A stretch of DNA of 64,000 nt from Centroscyllium fabricii. Its lineage: Eukaryota. The notes under the pieces are model-generated. The model was given only the letters and a program-made list of their open reading frames with translations. It had not been told where the DNA came from and ran no database searches. Numbering within the stretch: the stretch's first letter is position 1; each line of letters begins with the position of its first letter. Shown in pieces: positions 61,911-64,000 of this stretch. Location: the NCBI GenBank assembly GCA_051313645.2, contig JBNRSN020000003.1:501022001-501086000 (forward strand), in the 5' to 3' direction. The translations under genes were made by a program, and so were the position numbers.

Positions 61911-63137
61911 GAGTTCCCTTCAGCTAAATATCTGCCCTTTCATCTCTCCACCCCTCCTCCATGCACACAACATTCTGCTCTGTTTGTGAGGTTAAAGGAC
62001 ATCTGGCTCTACAGCTATCCCTACTTAAATTTTCTTCACTGCAGTTTACTGTTGGGTTAGTCATTGACGATCAAGCTGGGAGGTATATTAAAATAACTGA
62101 GTTTCCCTTTTCCAAATACATTGCTTTCCAGTGTGATGGTTGAACTGAGGTTCAGTATCACCAACTGGCACCTACGTCAAGAATCCACCCTTTAGAAGAT
62201 AAGTAAATTTTCTCCAGAATATCATGTCTGAGATGCACTTTTTTGGACTATTACAATGTATTTCCCAAAAAGCTATTTTCACAGCACTTTGAGCTGGCTG
62301 CATAATAATTTAGTTCCACGGTTCTAAAACTCGAAGTCGCCTTCTATTTGTCGAGCTAGGGGGGGTCATGAGGCATTCGTGCAACTCTGATTCCGATCAA
62401 TCTGTGGTGGAAAGTACAAGGGCATTCAATACAGAATTAATATTCTGTAGCCATAGTTACGCTGTGTACATCGATGGCATATAATCAGCATTATGGCAAC
62501 GGCAGTGAAGATCGGAACTTTAGGACATGGAAGGAAGGAATGTGTGCTTTAATGCAGTTTGCAGTTTCATAAGTTTAAACACTTTGACAGGTTTATAAAG
62601 TCCTTGAGATGCTGGCAGTCATACATTTTTCATTTTAATTTATTGAAGAACAGATCTTATGTCAAAAAGGTGCTTTTGTTGAAATACTGCCTCATCCATA
62701 AATTCCATGTGTACTGAAAGGTGGTTTGTGATTATCCTGCTGTTTAGTCTGCATTAGTTTCTACAGCACTTGTTGTTGTTACCAGCCAGTTGATTCATTG
62801 ATTACATTTAGGCGAGAAACTGGGTCAACTTGAGAATTGGTCATTAGCTGTAACCTTACTGAATGGTGAGCTATTATTCATTATTACCAGTCAGTGCACT
62901 TCCCAGACAGTTGAGTTTTAAAGGGTGCTGGGTCTTGTAGTGAAGAACTGCACCACTAGGGGGCACACTTGTTGCATCTTCACGCTGTTCCAAGTGGCAA
63001 GTGATCAGAATTGGGGACAGTTGTCTCTGTGCCACGTACAAACATTCATAAAGGACGCAGTTATCATTTTGCTACATATAATGCACAGAGAAAATCTCTC
63101 CCCATACCATTCAAGCTATTCTAATGCTGAAATTAAG

Positions 63138-63492
63138 GACGACACGGTGGCGCAGTGGTTAGCACTGCTGCCTCGCAATAAGGAGCTCCTGGGTTCGAAT
63201 CCTGCTTGGCCCGGGACCCCTCTGCGTGGAGTTTGCATGTTCTCCCCGTGTTCGTGTGGGTTTCCTCCGGGTACTCCGGTTTCCTCCCACCACCCAAAGA
63301 CATGCAGGTTAGGTGAATTGGAGATACTAAAAATTGCCCATGAGTATGTGTGTGATATATAGTTCTTAGAGTTGGGGGTGTCGGGGGATATGGGGAGAGG
63401 GTAGGAGGGGGTTGCTGGGTTTGGATGATCAGCCATGATCTCATCAAAAGGGCCGGTGGCCTACTCCTGCTCCTATCTTCTGTGTTTCTGTG
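63138..63492 (+). mobile_element. HE1-type V-SINE
   Basis: A box GGCGCAGTGG, B box GGTTCGAATCC, V core, CR1 tail GATGATCAGCCATGATC. Confidence 0.85.
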
Positions 63493-63684
63493 TGAGATAT
63501 TTGTGTACATTTAATTAGCGGTAAACGTAATGTTAAAATGATGTATATTAAAGTGTTTACATTTTAAAAAGTGGTAATTGCATTTCCAGTAAATGGCAAC
63601 ATTTTTGCGTTTTTTTAAACCAATAATAATACAAAATCATTTGGGAGAAGTTGGTTTCCAGAACTAATTATTTAGATCAAATAA

Positions 63685-64000
63685 TTGATTCGAGATTCAA
63701 GATTATTTTATTGCCACATGTAACTGGTAAAATGGAACGCTTACTCCCCACTCAGTTCCACAATATAAGTATAAATATAAAAAGCAAAAGTAAAAACAAG
63801 TATAAATATAGAAATAATAAACAACTAAACAAATAAGTGCGGTTAGCGGTTCAGTAGGCGCACTGCCTGGGGGTAGAAACTGTTCTTGAACCTGCTGGTC
63901 CTGGTTCGGATGCTGCAGTACCAACGGCCGGACCGCAGGAGGGAGAACAGATCATGCCCAGGGTGATTGAGATCCTGGATGATGGAGCGGGTCTTGTTCC
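63685..64000 (-). mobile_element. Rex1/Babar-type LINE 3' end (continues past the window)
   Basis: Minus strand IIQDLNHPGHDLFSLLRSGRWYCSIRTRTSRFKNSFYPQAVRLLN; CAATAAAAT followed by AATCTTG-like tail repeats. Confidence 0.8.

Overview
Eukaryotic (vertebrate) genomic DNA, very probably a cartilaginous fish (HE1-type V-SINEs, SacSINE1-type DeuSINEs and Penelope repeats typical of sharks). Family and gene names come from my recall of known sequences, not from a database search. The window lies inside one host gene on the + strand, acetoacetyl-CoA synthetase (AACS): four phase-compatible GT-AG exons (2464-2561, 36949-37063, 44444-44525, 56894-57044) separated by introns of about 34.4, 7.4 and 12.4 kb that are packed with transposable elements. 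Highlights: (1) a full-length Ty3/Gypsy LTR element (12418-20792, - strand, CAACT target-site duplication) with an apparently complete Rex1/Babar-type LINE inserted in gag, giving one stop-free 1511-aa Gag-APE-RT ORF; (2) the same LTR element has no tRNA primer-binding site but a perfect 13-nt complement to its own LTR, suggesting self-priming; (3) a 5S-rRNA-derived SINE carrying both the start-codon region and the 3' tail of a Rex/Babar LINE; (4) a complete but decaying PIF/Harbinger transposon (51002-56786) with transposase, a spliced Myb/SANT-coiled-coil-AT-hook gene and a possible third ORF, plus a truncated second copy and many MITEs; (5) Penelope fragments with minimal hammerhead ribozyme motifs. 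No CRISPR arrays or functional tRNA/rRNA genes were seen.
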